Below are positions 9,267 to 18,169 of a stretch of DNA of 64,000 nt, one piece after another (position 1 is the stretch's first letter; every line of letters starts with the position of its first letter). The position numbers were made by a program, and so were the translations under genes. The DNA is from an uncultured bacterium. Lineage in GTDB: Bacteria > Omnitrophota > Omnitrophia > Omnitrophales > Aquincolibacteriaceae. Location: positions 159-64,158 of the forward strand of contig CAZEFF010000005.1 of the NCBI GenBank assembly GCA_964511315.1, given 5' to 3'. The notes under the pieces were generated by a model. It was given only the letters and a program-made list of their open reading frames with translations. It did not search any database and had not been told where the DNA came from.

Positions 9267-10373
9267 TTAGAGACGGCTTTTGACTGCTGAATACATTCCT
9301 GCCGAGGTCCGGACAATCCGCCCCTGAATTTCGAGCGTAATCACCCTTTGCGAAAGCATGGAAACGGACCATTGGGACTGTTTTAGTAAATCTTCAAAGC
9401 GCTTGGGCCCTTCCGCCAATATCCCAAGCAGCTCATCCTGATCTAAATGAGCATTTTCTCCGGCCATCAACTCGCTTTTGCTTTCACGGCCCATCAAGGG
9501 CCAAAGGTTCGGCGCGAGTGTTTCAAAAATTTCTTCCGGGGTTTCGACAAGCGCGGCACCTTCTTTAATTAGACCATTTGTTCCGCGCGAAGTAATTTGA
9601 TCAATGGGCCCGGGAATCGCGAAGACTTCTTTCCCTTGCTCCATCGCTTGGTTCGCGGTAATGAGTGAACCGCTTCGTGAATGCGCTTCCACCACCAAAA
9701 CTCCGAGCGATAATCCGGCGATAATCCTGTTGCGCGCGGGAAAATGATAAGCTAAAGGCTCAGCGCCAAAAGCATATTCACTTAGAATCACTCCGCGCTC
9801 AGCAATCGCGTCATAAAGCTTTTGGCTGGATTTTGGATAAACAACATCGATTCCGCATCCGAGTACCGCGATCGTTCGGCCGAAAGAAACTTCAAGCGAA
9901 GCATGATGAGCGACCTGATCAATTCCTTGCGCAAGACCTGAAACAATCGTGATTCCCTTCGCGGCAAGTTCCCGCGAAAACCGTCCGGCTTGCGCGCGCC
10001 CATAAAAACTCGGATGCCTCGTCCCGACAATGGCAAGACTCGCCTCATCGGTTTCAGAAAAACTCCCCTTAGCATAAAGCATCAGCGGCGGATCAATTAA
10101 ATGGGTAAGAGCCTGCGGATAATCCGCGGAAAACAAGGTGAGAAGTTTTACGTCTTTTCTTTCGGCGTTTTCAATTTCGCGGTCCGCGCTAAACTCCACG
10201 GAAAGCTGCGCGTCATTTTCCGCTTTGCCTAAATAATTTTCTATCCTAATTTTTTCCAGCAATTCTAAAGGAGAATGTCCATCTTTTAGAAACTCTACCG
10301 CCTGACGGCTTCTGCCCGCGAACAAACGGTTTAATTGGACTAAGGCTTTTAACTCTTCGTAAGAAAGCCCCAT
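9267..10373 (-). CDS. dprA: DNA processing protein DprA (Smf)
   Basis: 368 aa; Rossmann-like DprA core motifs (AIVGTRHPSFYG, GLAQGIDQVAHHASL, VLGCGIDVVYP) and a C-terminal winged-helix region. Confidence 0.9.
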   Translation of the reverse strand: MGLSYEELKALVQLNRLFAGRSRQAVEFLKDGHSPLELLEKIRIENYLGKAENDAQLSVEFSADREIENAERKDVKLLTLFSADYPQALTHLIDPPLMLYAKGSFSETDEASLAIVGTRHPSFYGRAQAGRFSRELAAKGITIVSGLAQGIDQVAHHASLEVSFGRTIAVLGCGIDVVYPKSSQKLYDAIAERGVILSEYAFGAEPLAYHFPARNRIIAGLSLGVLVVEAHSRSGSLITANQAMEQGKEVFAIPGPIDQITSRGTNGLIKEGAALVETPEEIFETLAPNLWPLMGRESKSELMAGENAHLDQDELLGILAEGPKRFEDLLKQSQWSVSMLSQRVITLEIQGRIVRTSAGMYSAVKSRL

Positions 10374-10377
10374 AAAT

Positions 10378-10488
10378 CACCTATACATGAGGGCCCATAA
10401 ATAATTTTGGTTTAAGTAAGAAGCCCCCTGCACCAAACAATAACCGATCAATATCCCAGCGATCACCATCACAATATCTTTTTTCATG
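10378..10488 (-). CDS. Candidate 36-aa single-TM small membrane protein (unannotated sORF)
   Basis: ATG at 10488 immediately after the aroB stop; TGA at 10380-10378, 4 nt before the dprA ATG. My translation is MKKDIVMVIAGILIGYCLVQGASYLNQNYLWALMYR (hydrophobic helix). Not in the >=60 aa ORF track; weak SD. Confidence 0.3.
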
Positions 10489-11586
10489 TTACTTTGCGCC
10501 TACCTCGTATAAAATTTCCCGAACTTTTGAGGCCGGGATATCCTCACAAACACAAACACTTCCGATTTTTTTCGGAAGAACAAACCGAAGCCTGCCCGCG
10601 TGCTTTTTCTTATCACGCTGCATGGCTTCCAAAATTTCATCCGCGGACAGCCCAAAAGAAGCTATGGATACCGGCAGATGAAAATCTTTTAAAAGACGAG
10701 TGATCCGCTGTTCCACAATGGGCTTAGCGTATTCAAGCTGAACCGCGAGCTTTGCGGCGCAAACCATTCCGACAGCAACCGCCTCGCCATGCATTAATTT
10801 TTTATAATCGAGCGCTTTTTCAAAAGCGTGGCCGAACGTATGCCCAAAATTAAGGATTGCCCGTTCGCCCTTGGTTTCAAACTCATCGCGCGTAACCACA
10901 CCCGCTTTGATCTTTGAAGATGATTCCACGATTTTTGAAAGAAGCGTTTTATTTTTCGCTAAAATTTTATAAGAATTCTTTTCAAGCAAAGAAAAAAGCG
11001 ATGGGTCACTGATCACGCCATATTTCACAACTTCTGCCAGCGAGGCTTCCAGTTCACGTTCCGGCAATGTCCTAAGCACACCCGCGTCAGAAAGAACCGC
11101 GCGCGGCGGATTAAACGCGCCGACCAGATTTTTTCCTTCTGCCAAATTGATACCCGTCTTTCCGCCGATGGAACTATCTACTTGCGCGAGAAGGGTCGTT
11201 CCCGCGTTTACAAATGGAATCCCGCGAAGGTATGAAGCGGCCGCGAAACCCGTTAAATCACCCACGACTCCGCCGCCAAGGGCAAAAAGCCCGTCTTTTC
11301 TTTCAAAATCCTGATCGATCAGCGCGTGATAAAGACGGAAAAGTTCTTTTTCCGACTTTGCTTCCTCTCCCTGAGGGAGCAGGTGCAGAGACACAGAAAA
11401 GCCGCTCTTCTTAAGGGATCTCCTAAGGGATTCGAAATAAATGGCGGCAATATTTTCCTGCGAGATCACCATCACCTTACCTTTAAATCCCAGCCGCTTA
11501 AGAAAAGATCCGGACTTCGCAAGAAGTCCCTGGCCGACAAGAATGTCATAATTGCCTCGTATGCTTTTTACAGAAATTTTTTTCAA
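10489..11586 (-). CDS. aroB: 3-dehydroquinate synthase AroB
   Basis: 365 aa; GGGVVGDLTGFAAASYLRGIPFVN NAD-binding motif and metal-binding His residues (HTFGHAFE). Confidence 0.92.
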   Translation of the reverse strand: MKKISVKSIRGNYDILVGQGLLAKSGSFLKRLGFKGKVMVISQENIAAIYFESLRRSLKKSGFSVSLHLLPQGEEAKSEKELFRLYHALIDQDFERKDGLFALGGGVVGDLTGFAAASYLRGIPFVNAGTTLLAQVDSSIGGKTGINLAEGKNLVGAFNPPRAVLSDAGVLRTLPERELEASLAEVVKYGVISDPSLFSLLEKNSYKILAKNKTLLSKIVESSSKIKAGVVTRDEFETKGERAILNFGHTFGHAFEKALDYKKLMHGEAVAVGMVCAAKLAVQLEYAKPIVEQRITRLLKDFHLPVSIASFGLSADEILEAMQRDKKKHAGRLRFVLPKKIGSVCVCEDIPASKVREILYEVGAK

Positions 11587-12095
11587 CTTTTCTTCTCCAG
11601 CAAAAAATAGATTTTCTCGGCGACAGCTTCGGCGGTTTGGCCGTCCGTACTGACCGTTAAATTGGATTCGCGCTCATAAATCGCCCGGCGGCTGTCTAAA
11701 AGTTTGGCTAATGTCTCTTTTGGATTTTGAGTTTTTAAAAGCGGTCTTTCATCCCGCCCTTTAACTCTTTGCCAAAGCGTTTCAAGTGAAGTCTCAAGAT
11801 AAATAATTTTTCCTGTTTCACGCATGCACTGGATATTTTCCGCTTTAAGAACAGCACCGCCGCCAGTTGCAATCACCTGGGGAACGGAACCAGATACTGC
11901 CCTAAGCGCTTCGGTTTCTTGAGCTCTAAAAAAAGGCTCGCCTTCTTTAGAAAAAATATCCGCGATGGTCCGGCGCAATTTTCCCTGGAGATAATCATCC
12001 AGATCAACAAACGGATAATTAAGCATTTGAGCGAGCTTCTGGCCGGTAACGCTTTTACCGGATCCCATCATCCCAACCAAATACAGATTACCCAT
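11583..12095 (-). CDS. aroK: Shikimate kinase AroK
   Basis: 170 aa; Walker A GMMGSGKSVTG; shikimate kinase length and context (between aroC and aroB, overlapping both). Confidence 0.9.
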   Translation of the reverse strand: MGNLYLVGMMGSGKSVTGQKLAQMLNYPFVDLDDYLQGKLRRTIADIFSKEGEPFFRAQETEALRAVSGSVPQVIATGGGAVLKAENIQCMRETGKIIYLETSLETLWQRVKGRDERPLLKTQNPKETLAKLLDSRRAIYERESNLTVSTDGQTAEAVAEKIYFLLEKKS

Positions 12096-13218
12096 TTTTG
12101 ATTTGTTTTAAATAACCTTCATGATTCCGCTTTGTTTCAGTCAAAGAATCACCGCCGAATTTTTCAAGAAAAGCTTGGGCAATCACATAAGCCACCAGCG
12201 ATTCGCCGATAACGCTTCCGGCCGGCACCGCACAAATATCCGAACGCTCAAAATCCGCTTTCTCGGCCTGTTTGCTTTTCATATTGACGGACGCGAGCGG
12301 CTGCCCCAAAGTAGATATGGGCTTCATAGTCGCGCGGATCACAATATCTTCCCCATTCGACATACCGCCTTCAATTCCTCCCGCCCGGTTCGTTTTATGG
12401 TAGTAACCGCGCTTTGCGTCATAAAAAATTTCGTCATGCGCTTCCGAACCAAAAACTTCGGCTTCATGCACACCGGCTCCAGCTTCAACCGCTTTTACCG
12501 ACTGCATACCCATCAATATCGCGGCAATACGTCCATCCAGTTTGCGTTCAAAATGAACATAAGAACCGATTCCTATTGGTAGGCCGCTGATACGAACTTC
12601 AAATTGACCGCCTGCCGTATCTTTCCGGCGGCGCGCTTCATCAATCACCGCAATCATTTCTTTCTCAGCGTTTTTATCCGCGCAATAAACTTCGGAAGCT
12701 GCTGTTTTTTCACGAAGCTGCGCGATCGTCAAATTTGTTTGCGGTTTTGCGGCCGCTTTTCCGATCCGCACCACATGACTCGCGATTTCAACACCGAATT
12801 GCTTTAAAAATAATTTACAAAGAGATCCCACAGCTACCCGCATGACGGTTTCACGCGCGCTCGCGCGCTCTAAAACCGCGCGGATATTTTGATGATACTT
12901 CAGCGATCCGGCTAAATCCGCGTGTCCGGGCCTTGGGCGCATCAATTCAGGCATTTGCTCAATTTTGAAATCAGCATTTGTCAGAAGAAATCCAATCGGA
13001 GCTCCTGTGCTGACCCCCTTAATGACACCGCCTAAAATTTCCACGGTATCGGTTTCGATTTTTTGGCGTCCGCCGCGTCCGTAACCGCCCTGCCTTCGGC
13101 GAAGATCTTCATGGATGTATTTCAGATCCACATTAAGACCGCTCGGCATGCCTTCTAAAATCGCCGCCATGTGTTTACCGTGAGACTCGCCTGTCGTAAT
13201 GTACTTAAGCATGATCAC
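12088..13218 (-). CDS. aroC: Chorismate synthase AroC
   Basis: 376 aa; N-terminus LKYITTGESHGKHMAAILEGMPSGL and conserved chorismate synthase signatures. Confidence 0.92.
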   Translation of the reverse strand: MIMLKYITTGESHGKHMAAILEGMPSGLNVDLKYIHEDLRRRQGGYGRGGRQKIETDTVEILGGVIKGVSTGAPIGFLLTNADFKIEQMPELMRPRPGHADLAGSLKYHQNIRAVLERASARETVMRVAVGSLCKLFLKQFGVEIASHVVRIGKAAAKPQTNLTIAQLREKTAASEVYCADKNAEKEMIAVIDEARRRKDTAGGQFEVRISGLPIGIGSYVHFERKLDGRIAAILMGMQSVKAVEAGAGVHEAEVFGSEAHDEIFYDAKRGYYHKTNRAGGIEGGMSNGEDIVIRATMKPISTLGQPLASVNMKSKQAEKADFERSDICAVPAGSVIGESLVAYVIAQAFLEKFGGDSLTETKRNHEGYLKQIKNG

Positions 13219-13994
13219 ACTCCATTTGCTGGAAAAATAAATTTAATTAAAACTTCGCCATAAATAAAAAATACCGCGCCCGCTACCGCGAGAAACGGTC
13301 CGTACGGAAACGTTTCCGCTTTTTTGACAACCTTCAAATAAAGCGCGAATGGCAGCGCTAAAAACGGAGAGAACAAAAAAGCAACGCACGCTTTTTGAAA
13401 TCCCAAAAAACTTCCGATCATCGCTAATAATTTGATATCACCGCCGCCCATACTTTCCTTGCGGAAAATGAGATCGCCCAGCAATGCTGTTGCATATAAA
13501 ATGCCGCCAGCGCCAAGCAGTCCGAGCATTGAAAATCCAGCTCCTTGGTACCAAAGAGTTTTATGCATAAGCTCCGGCCAGATCATCGATGCGGCCAGCC
13601 CCATAATCATTCCCGGAATCGACAGCATGTCCGGGATTAACCCTGTCTCGAAATCAGTCACAGTCACCGCGAGCAGCAATGAGAAAAATATTGCCCCCAC
13701 GTAAAACGGCGCGTTAAAACCAAATCTCAGAAAGAGCAAAACCCAAAAAATACCATTCGCAAGCTCTACCGCGAAATAACGGAACGAAATTCTAATTTTA
13801 CAATTCCGGCATTTTCCGCCGAGCACCAAAAAACTTAAAAGCGGAATATTGTCATACCAGACTATGCTTTTTTTACATCCCGGACACCGCGACGGCGGAT
13901 GGATAATCGATTCACCGTGAGGCATCCGCGCAATACAAACATTCAAAAAACTTCCGATAATAATTCCGAATAAAAAAACAAAAATTTCGATCAT
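13215..13994 (-). CDS. Prepilin (type IV leader) peptidase, A24 family (PilD-like)
   Basis: 259 aa polytopic membrane protein. N-terminal Zn-binding CxxC...CxxC (CPGCKK...CRNCK), FLNV, and GGGDIKLL aspartyl-protease motif. 4-nt overlaps with aroE and aroC. Confidence 0.85.
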   Translation of the reverse strand: MIEIFVFLFGIIIGSFLNVCIARMPHGESIIHPPSRCPGCKKSIVWYDNIPLLSFLVLGGKCRNCKIRISFRYFAVELANGIFWVLLFLRFGFNAPFYVGAIFFSLLLAVTVTDFETGLIPDMLSIPGMIMGLAASMIWPELMHKTLWYQGAGFSMLGLLGAGGILYATALLGDLIFRKESMGGGDIKLLAMIGSFLGFQKACVAFLFSPFLALPFALYLKVVKKAETFPYGPFLAVAGAVFFIYGEVLIKFIFPANGV

Positions 13995-14869
13995 TTCTGA
14001 CCCAGCGCGCTGCTAAGCGCTTTACGCATCACAAGAATCGGCGCCTTCTTGCCTGTCCAATATTCAAATGCTTTAGCGCCCTGATAAAGAAGCATTCCGA
14101 GTCCATTCAATGTTTTATGACCTTTTAATCGCGCCTGTTTTAAAAAACGGGTCTCTGCAGGCTTGTAAATCAAATCCACATAACATTGTTTTTTGCCATC
14201 TCGGGCTAAAGGAATCTGCCCCGCTGTAACCACCGCTCCATCACCCGCTTTAAGGCCGAGCGAAGTGCAGTTCACAATCAAATCCGCTTTCTTCAGCATA
14301 GCCAGCAGCAGCTGATCTTTAAGCGAAATTGTCTGCCACTCAACTTTCTTAAATTGGCGTTTAAAATCACGCGCCAGTATTTGGGCCCGGGATAAATGCC
14401 GGTTCACTATCGTAATTTCTTTAACGCCTTCTGAGGCAAGTCCATAAGCCGCTGCCCGCGCGCTTCCGCCGGCGCCAAAAATCAAAACGGATTTTCCTTT
14501 GGCTTTAAATTTGGCATCAAGCCGAAGGGATGTTATAAACCCATAAACATCCGTGTTCGTTCCCGACCATTGACCTTTTTTTCTGAAAACGGTATTTACG
14601 GCGCCAACCGCCCGCGCTTCAGGCGTCAACGATTTAAGACCCCGCTTCACCGCCTCTTTATAAGGAACCGTCACATTAAAACCGTCCAAAGGAAGGCGGT
14701 GAAGCGACTTCATCGTTTTCGAGAAATACCGGGGATGAATCTCGCACACAATGTAATAGGCCTTCAGGCCTGCGGCGCAAAACGCCGCTTCCTGCATTGC
14801 CGGAGAAAGCGTGTGGGAAAGCGGATACCCCAAAATCCCAAAAAGCTTAAATGGCGCCTTCAAGGTCAC
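13991..14869 (-). CDS. aroE: Shikimate dehydrogenase AroE
   Basis: 292 aa; LFGILGYPLSHTLSP substrate motif and GAGGSARAAAYGL NADP Rossmann motif. Confidence 0.9.
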   Translation of the reverse strand: MTLKAPFKLFGILGYPLSHTLSPAMQEAAFCAAGLKAYYIVCEIHPRYFSKTMKSLHRLPLDGFNVTVPYKEAVKRGLKSLTPEARAVGAVNTVFRKKGQWSGTNTDVYGFITSLRLDAKFKAKGKSVLIFGAGGSARAAAYGLASEGVKEITIVNRHLSRAQILARDFKRQFKKVEWQTISLKDQLLLAMLKKADLIVNCTSLGLKAGDGAVVTAGQIPLARDGKKQCYVDLIYKPAETRFLKQARLKGHKTLNGLGMLLYQGAKAFEYWTGKKAPILVMRKALSSALGQK

Positions 14870-16416
14870 AAAGGTGAATGCTGTGAAATTTCCCGGGCAA
14901 ATTTGCTGGATAATTTATTCAGCGCGAAAAGATAGGCCTTCACGCTGGCTTCAATAATATCCGTGCTCATGCCGCGGCCGGTGACTTCTTGGTGATTATT
15001 GGCAAGTTTTACAGCCACTTCACCCTGCGCGTCCATACCGCTCGTAATGGCCTGAATTCCATAATGCGTTACGCGAGCTCCTGATTTGACAATTTCTTCG
15101 ATCGCTTTGTAACAGGCATCTACTGGGCCGTCGCCATAGGCTTCAGCTTCTTTGCTTGCGCCTTTGTAACTTAGGCGGATCTTTGCCATGTTTTTTTTGC
15201 CGGTCTCACAAGAAACTTTTAAAAATTCCAACTTCCAGGTTTCCGCGACTTGCCCGACCTGATCATCAATCAGGGCTTCGATATCCTGATCAAACACATA
15301 TTTTTTCTTATCCGCCAATTGCTTGAAACGGCTAAAGGCTTTATCCATATCCGCATCAGAAAGTTTATAGCCGAGTTTTTCCGCGCGTTCTTTAAACGCG
15401 TGACGGCCCGACAATTTCCCGAGCAATAATTGATTTCCGGAGAGTCCGATTTTTTTAGGGTCCATAATCTCATAGGTCTGGCGTTTTTTAAGAACACCGT
15501 CCTGATGAATGCCGGACTCATGAGAAAACGCGTTGCGCCCCACAATCGCTTTATTCGGCTGCACTACCATACCGGTTAAATGCGAAACCAAACGCGAAGC
15601 CTTTGTGATTTCTGACATCTTAATATCCGTATAGCAATTCATGAAATCTTTACGGGTATCAATAGCCATCACAATTTCTTCAAGCGCCGCGTTGCCGGCG
15701 CGCTCACCGATTCCATTGACTGTGCATTCCACCTGATTGGCACCGGCCAAAACAGCCGCCAAAGAGTTGGCCACTGCCAGGCCCAAGTCATTGTGGCAAT
15801 GGACTGAAAGAAATACGGATTTCCCAAGCTCCGGATTTTTTTTAATCAAAAACCGGATCACGTCTTCAAATTCCTGCGGCACGGTATATCCCACCGTATC
15901 CGGCACATTGATAGACTTCGCTCCGGAATCAATCGCGGCCCGAACGACTTGCGCCAAAAAAACAGGCTCAGTGCGCGCCGCATCTTCGGGCGAAAATTCA
16001 ATTTCTTTAAATTCCCTGCTGGCCGCTTTAATGTTCTCGCGGACCATGGCTAAAATCTCTTTTTTATCTTTTTTCAGTTTGTACTGAAGATGAATCTGCG
16101 AAGTGGCCAAGAAAACATGAAGCCGCTTCCGGCGCGCGTTTTCTAAGGCCTTTTTGCAGGCTTCAATGTCGCGGGGCAGCATACGCGAAAGTCCGCAAAT
16201 CACAGGTTTACGGATTTCTTTTGCGATCATGCTGACAGCCTGCATTTCGCCGGGCGAAGAAGCAGGAAAACCTGCTTCAATCACATCAACGTTTAAACGC
16301 TCAAGCTGCTTGGCGACTTTCAGTTTTTCATCGGGGGTAAGAGACGCGCCGGGAGATTGTTCGCCGTCACGCAAGGTGGTGTCAAAAATATAGATTTTTC
16401 TTTTCGATTCTTTCAT
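14866..16416 (-). CDS. leuA: 2-isopropylmalate synthase LeuA (long form with C-terminal regulatory domain)
   Basis: 516 aa; IFDTTLRDGEQSPGASLT, HCHNDLGLAVANSLAAV, C-terminal LeuA dimerisation/regulatory domain. Confidence 0.9.
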   Translation of the reverse strand: MKESKRKIYIFDTTLRDGEQSPGASLTPDEKLKVAKQLERLNVDVIEAGFPASSPGEMQAVSMIAKEIRKPVICGLSRMLPRDIEACKKALENARRKRLHVFLATSQIHLQYKLKKDKKEILAMVRENIKAASREFKEIEFSPEDAARTEPVFLAQVVRAAIDSGAKSINVPDTVGYTVPQEFEDVIRFLIKKNPELGKSVFLSVHCHNDLGLAVANSLAAVLAGANQVECTVNGIGERAGNAALEEIVMAIDTRKDFMNCYTDIKMSEITKASRLVSHLTGMVVQPNKAIVGRNAFSHESGIHQDGVLKKRQTYEIMDPKKIGLSGNQLLLGKLSGRHAFKERAEKLGYKLSDADMDKAFSRFKQLADKKKYVFDQDIEALIDDQVGQVAETWKLEFLKVSCETGKKNMAKIRLSYKGASKEAEAYGDGPVDACYKAIEEIVKSGARVTHYGIQAITSGMDAQGEVAVKLANNHQEVTGRGMSTDIIEASVKAYLFALNKLSSKFAREISQHSPL

Positions 16417-16465
16417 GAGTTATTCAGCAGCCAGTAACCGGGTTACTGGCTACTGACTACTCTCC

Positions 16466-17515
16466 TTAAACTTTGGCTTTGACCTTTTTAGCTGCAGATT
16501 TTTTCGCGGCCGGCTTTCCAGCGGGCTGCTGAATCCAGTGCATCATGCTGCGAAGCTGAGTACCAACGCCTTCAATAGGATGGCTGTCGCTTTCTTTGCG
16601 CATCTTATCGTAATTACGGCGTCCCGTTTTATTCTCATTGATCCATTCACGGGCAAAATCACCGGACTGAATTTCTCTGAGAATTTTTTTCATTTCCTTG
16701 CGCGTTTCCTGCGTAATGATGCGCTTGCCGCGGCTGTAATCACCGTATTCGGCCGTATCGGAAACCCGGCGGTGCATTCCGCTGATTCCATGAGCGAAAA
16801 TAGCATCCACAATCAGCTTCACTTCATGCTGACATTCAAAATACGCCATTTCCGGCTGATACCCCGCTTCAATGAGCGTATCGTAACCAGCCCGAATGAG
16901 TTCGCTTAAGCCGCCGCATAAAACGGCCTGTTCACCGAAAAGGTCGGTTTCTGTTTCTTCTTTAAAGTTAGTTTCAATGACTCCCGCGCGGGTTCCTCCG
17001 ATAGCTTTGGCGTGTGCCAAAGCGAGCTTGAGCGCGTTTCCGCTGGCGTTTTGGTAAATCGCCACGAGACACGGAACTCCCCCGCCTTCTAAAAATTGAG
17101 TGCGGACCAGCGCGCCCGGACCCTTCGGCGCAACCATGAATACGTCCACATTTTTGGGCGGTTTGATATAACCAAAATGAATGTTGAATCCGTGCGAAAA
17201 CAAAAGAGATTTGCCGGGCTTCATATAAGGGGCAACGCTATTATTGTAAATCTCGCCCTGCAAATGATCTTGCGCAAGAATCTGAATAATATCCGCCTTT
17301 TGCGCGGCTTCTTCCGCCGTCACCGGCTTGAATCCGTCTTTAACTGCGATATCGTAATTCGGCCCGCCTTTGCGCTGCGCAATAATGACGTCTACGCCTG
17401 AATCGCGCAAATTAAGTCCCTGTCCGCGGCCTTGAATACCGTAACCAACGATGGCGACTTTCTTGCCTTTTAAAAATTTCAAATCCGCGTCTTTGTCGTA
17501 ATAAATTTTTGCCAT
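16466..17515 (-). CDS. ilvC: Ketol-acid reductoisomerase IlvC (class I) with Lys/Ala-rich C-terminal tail
   Basis: 349 aa; VAIVGYGIQGRGQGLNLRDSG Rossmann motif and KARI core. The last about 20 aa (PAGKPAAKKSAAKKVKAKV) are an atypical low-complexity basic tail. Confidence 0.92.
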   Translation of the reverse strand: MAKIYYDKDADLKFLKGKKVAIVGYGIQGRGQGLNLRDSGVDVIIAQRKGGPNYDIAVKDGFKPVTAEEAAQKADIIQILAQDHLQGEIYNNSVAPYMKPGKSLLFSHGFNIHFGYIKPPKNVDVFMVAPKGPGALVRTQFLEGGGVPCLVAIYQNASGNALKLALAHAKAIGGTRAGVIETNFKEETETDLFGEQAVLCGGLSELIRAGYDTLIEAGYQPEMAYFECQHEVKLIVDAIFAHGISGMHRRVSDTAEYGDYSRGKRIITQETRKEMKKILREIQSGDFAREWINENKTGRRNYDKMRKESDSHPIEGVGTQLRSMMHWIQQPAGKPAAKKSAAKKVKAKV

Positions 17516-17587
17516 AAAGATTCCTCTCGTTCATTTCACCCGAAGGGTGAATGAATTTTCACCTTTCTTTAGATGATGGGGTTATTT

Positions 17588-18160
17588 TTACTTTGCGACT
17601 TTTGCGCTTTTTTTGGTACCGCGTTTTACAATCGGCGCGGGCGAAGATTTTGGAGTCGCGTCTTCTTTCGGAGTCACGGAAACCGTGTCTCGGCGTGAAA
17701 GCGCAATGACACCCGTACGGGCCATTTCAACAATTCCAAAAGGACCGAGGAGCTCAACCATCGCGTCAACCTTGCTCTCTCCGCCGGTTACTTCAATGGT
17801 CAGAAAGTCAGTGTTCACATCCACAATCTTGGCGCGGAACGTGTTTACAATTTGAATAATCTCATTCCGGCTCGCGGCATCGGCTCTTACTTTCATCAAA
17901 ACCAGTTCGCGGTCAAGCATTTCACCTGAACTCAAATCCACAACCTTGATCACGTCGACAAGTTTATTGAGCTGCTTAATAATCTGATCCACAATCCGGT
18001 CATCGCCATGAACCACAAGCGTAATACGTGAAACGCTGGCGTCTTCGGTTTCTCCGACCGCTAGACTATCGATATTAAAACCGCGCGCGGAAAAAAGTCC
18101 GGCCACACGGGCCAGCACGCCGAATTGATTCTCAACTAAAACTGAAATAGTGTGCTTCAT
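17588..18160 (-). CDS. ilvN: Acetolactate synthase small (regulatory) subunit with Lys-rich C-terminal tail
   Basis: 190 aa; ACT domain HTISVLVENQFGVLARVAGLFSARGFNIDSLAV; basic tail TPKSSPAPIVKRGTKKSAKVAK. Confidence 0.9.
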   Translation of the reverse strand: MKHTISVLVENQFGVLARVAGLFSARGFNIDSLAVGETEDASVSRITLVVHGDDRIVDQIIKQLNKLVDVIKVVDLSSGEMLDRELVLMKVRADAASRNEIIQIVNTFRAKIVDVNTDFLTIEVTGGESKVDAMVELLGPFGIVEMARTGVIALSRRDTVSVTPKEDATPKSSPAPIVKRGTKKSAKVAK

Positions 18161-18169
18161 AAATTCTCC

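Noticed and set aside
12121-12582. 153-aa plus-strand ORF within aroC
   Set aside because: Antisense to conserved chorismate synthase; no homology features.
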